Below are positions 25,274 to 25,930 of a DNA stretch of 25,930 bases, in pieces; within the stretch, counting starts at the first letter, position 1; each line of letters begins with the position of its first letter. The notes beneath the pieces were generated by a model. It had not been told where the DNA came from. It was given only the letters and a program-made list of their open reading frames with translations, and ran no database searches. The DNA is from a virus (taxonomy: Duplodnaviria; Caudoviricetes). The stretch spans positions 1-25,930 of IMG/VR virus record IMGVR_UViG_3300037071_001344; one strand, 5' to 3'. The position numbers and the translations under genes were made by a program.

Positions 25274-25930
25274 GCGTTTCATCTGCTGACCCAATCCTGA
25301 CCGTAGAGAAGGTCAGGAACATGAGCCTCAGCGAGTGCATGGCCGAGAGCCGCACCCGCTACGAGAAGTGTGCCGCCATCGAAGCGAAGCATCCGAACGG
25401 CGTCACCCCGGATGCGGCCGAGGACTTCGCCGAGGTCAAGCGCCTGCTGACCGAGGTCGACCTGATCGAGACCCGCACCGCCGAGCTTGAGGACGCCGGC
25501 AACCGCAGCCGCCGGATCACGGAGAACACGAAGCGGCTCGGCAAGCCCGCTGAGCGCCACGAGCAGCCAGCCGGCGCCGACTCCAAGAACATCCTGACGA
25601 TGTTCGGCTCTCAGTTCATCGAGGACCAGCAGTACAAGAGCGTCGTTGAGTCGGGCGTCCTCAACAACGGGATGGCCCGGCCAGAGTTCGGCATCCAGCT
25701 CAAGGGCTCGATGCTCGACTACATGACGCACAAGGCGCTGGTCTACTCGGCATCGGGCCAGGGCGGCAACCTCATCACCAACGATCGGCTGCCAGGCTTC
25801 CGCGAGATCCTTCAGCGGCAGTTGACGATTCTGGATCTGATTCCAACGTCGGCGACCACGTCGAACACGATCGAGTACGTCCGGGAAAAGACGTTCACCA
25901 ACAACGCTGCTGAGGTCGCCGAGGCGATCT
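25270..25930 (+). CDS. HK97-fold major capsid protein, truncated by the window end
   Basis: ATGA overlap; open to the end of the window; coiled delta domain, then GGNLITNDRLPG...LTILDLIP..ATTSNTIEYVRE..FTNNAAEVAE. Confidence 0.9.
   Translation, partial: MSVSSADPILTVEKVRNMSLSECMAESRTRYEKCAAIEAKHPNGVTPDAAEDFAEVKRLLTEVDLIETRTAELEDAGNRSRRITENTKRLGKPAERHEQPAGADSKNILTMFGSQFIEDQQYKSVVESGVLNNGMARPEFGIQLKGSMLDYMTHKALVYSASGQGGNLITNDRLPGFREILQRQLTILDLIPTSATTSNTIEYVREKTFTNNAAEVAEAI

Overview
High-GC tailed-phage (or prophage) segment, almost entirely on the + strand. In order: small early genes, a single-strand annealing recombinase, an AAA/RecA-fold replication protein followed by an origin-like repeat region, a DNA methyltransferase split in two by an inverted HNH cassette, VRR-NUC, a minimal 7-deazaguanine module (YhhQ-like, QueF-like, DpdA-like), terminase small and large subunits, a portal-MuF fusion, about 10.8 kb of virion accessory genes and four glycosyltransferases, then an HK97-type prohead protease and a truncated major capsid gene. 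The most striking element is a cassette just before the protease: an RHH repressor, an unknown 184-aa ORF, a ~345-bp non-coding array of 5-nt-periodic units (NN-NYC on +, GGY/GAC-NN on -) punctuated by GAC, and a stand-alone Cas7/Csm3-like RAMP gene. This looks like a non-CRISPR RNA-guided system. All protein calls come from motif recognition by eye; no searches were run and the host is not determinable here.
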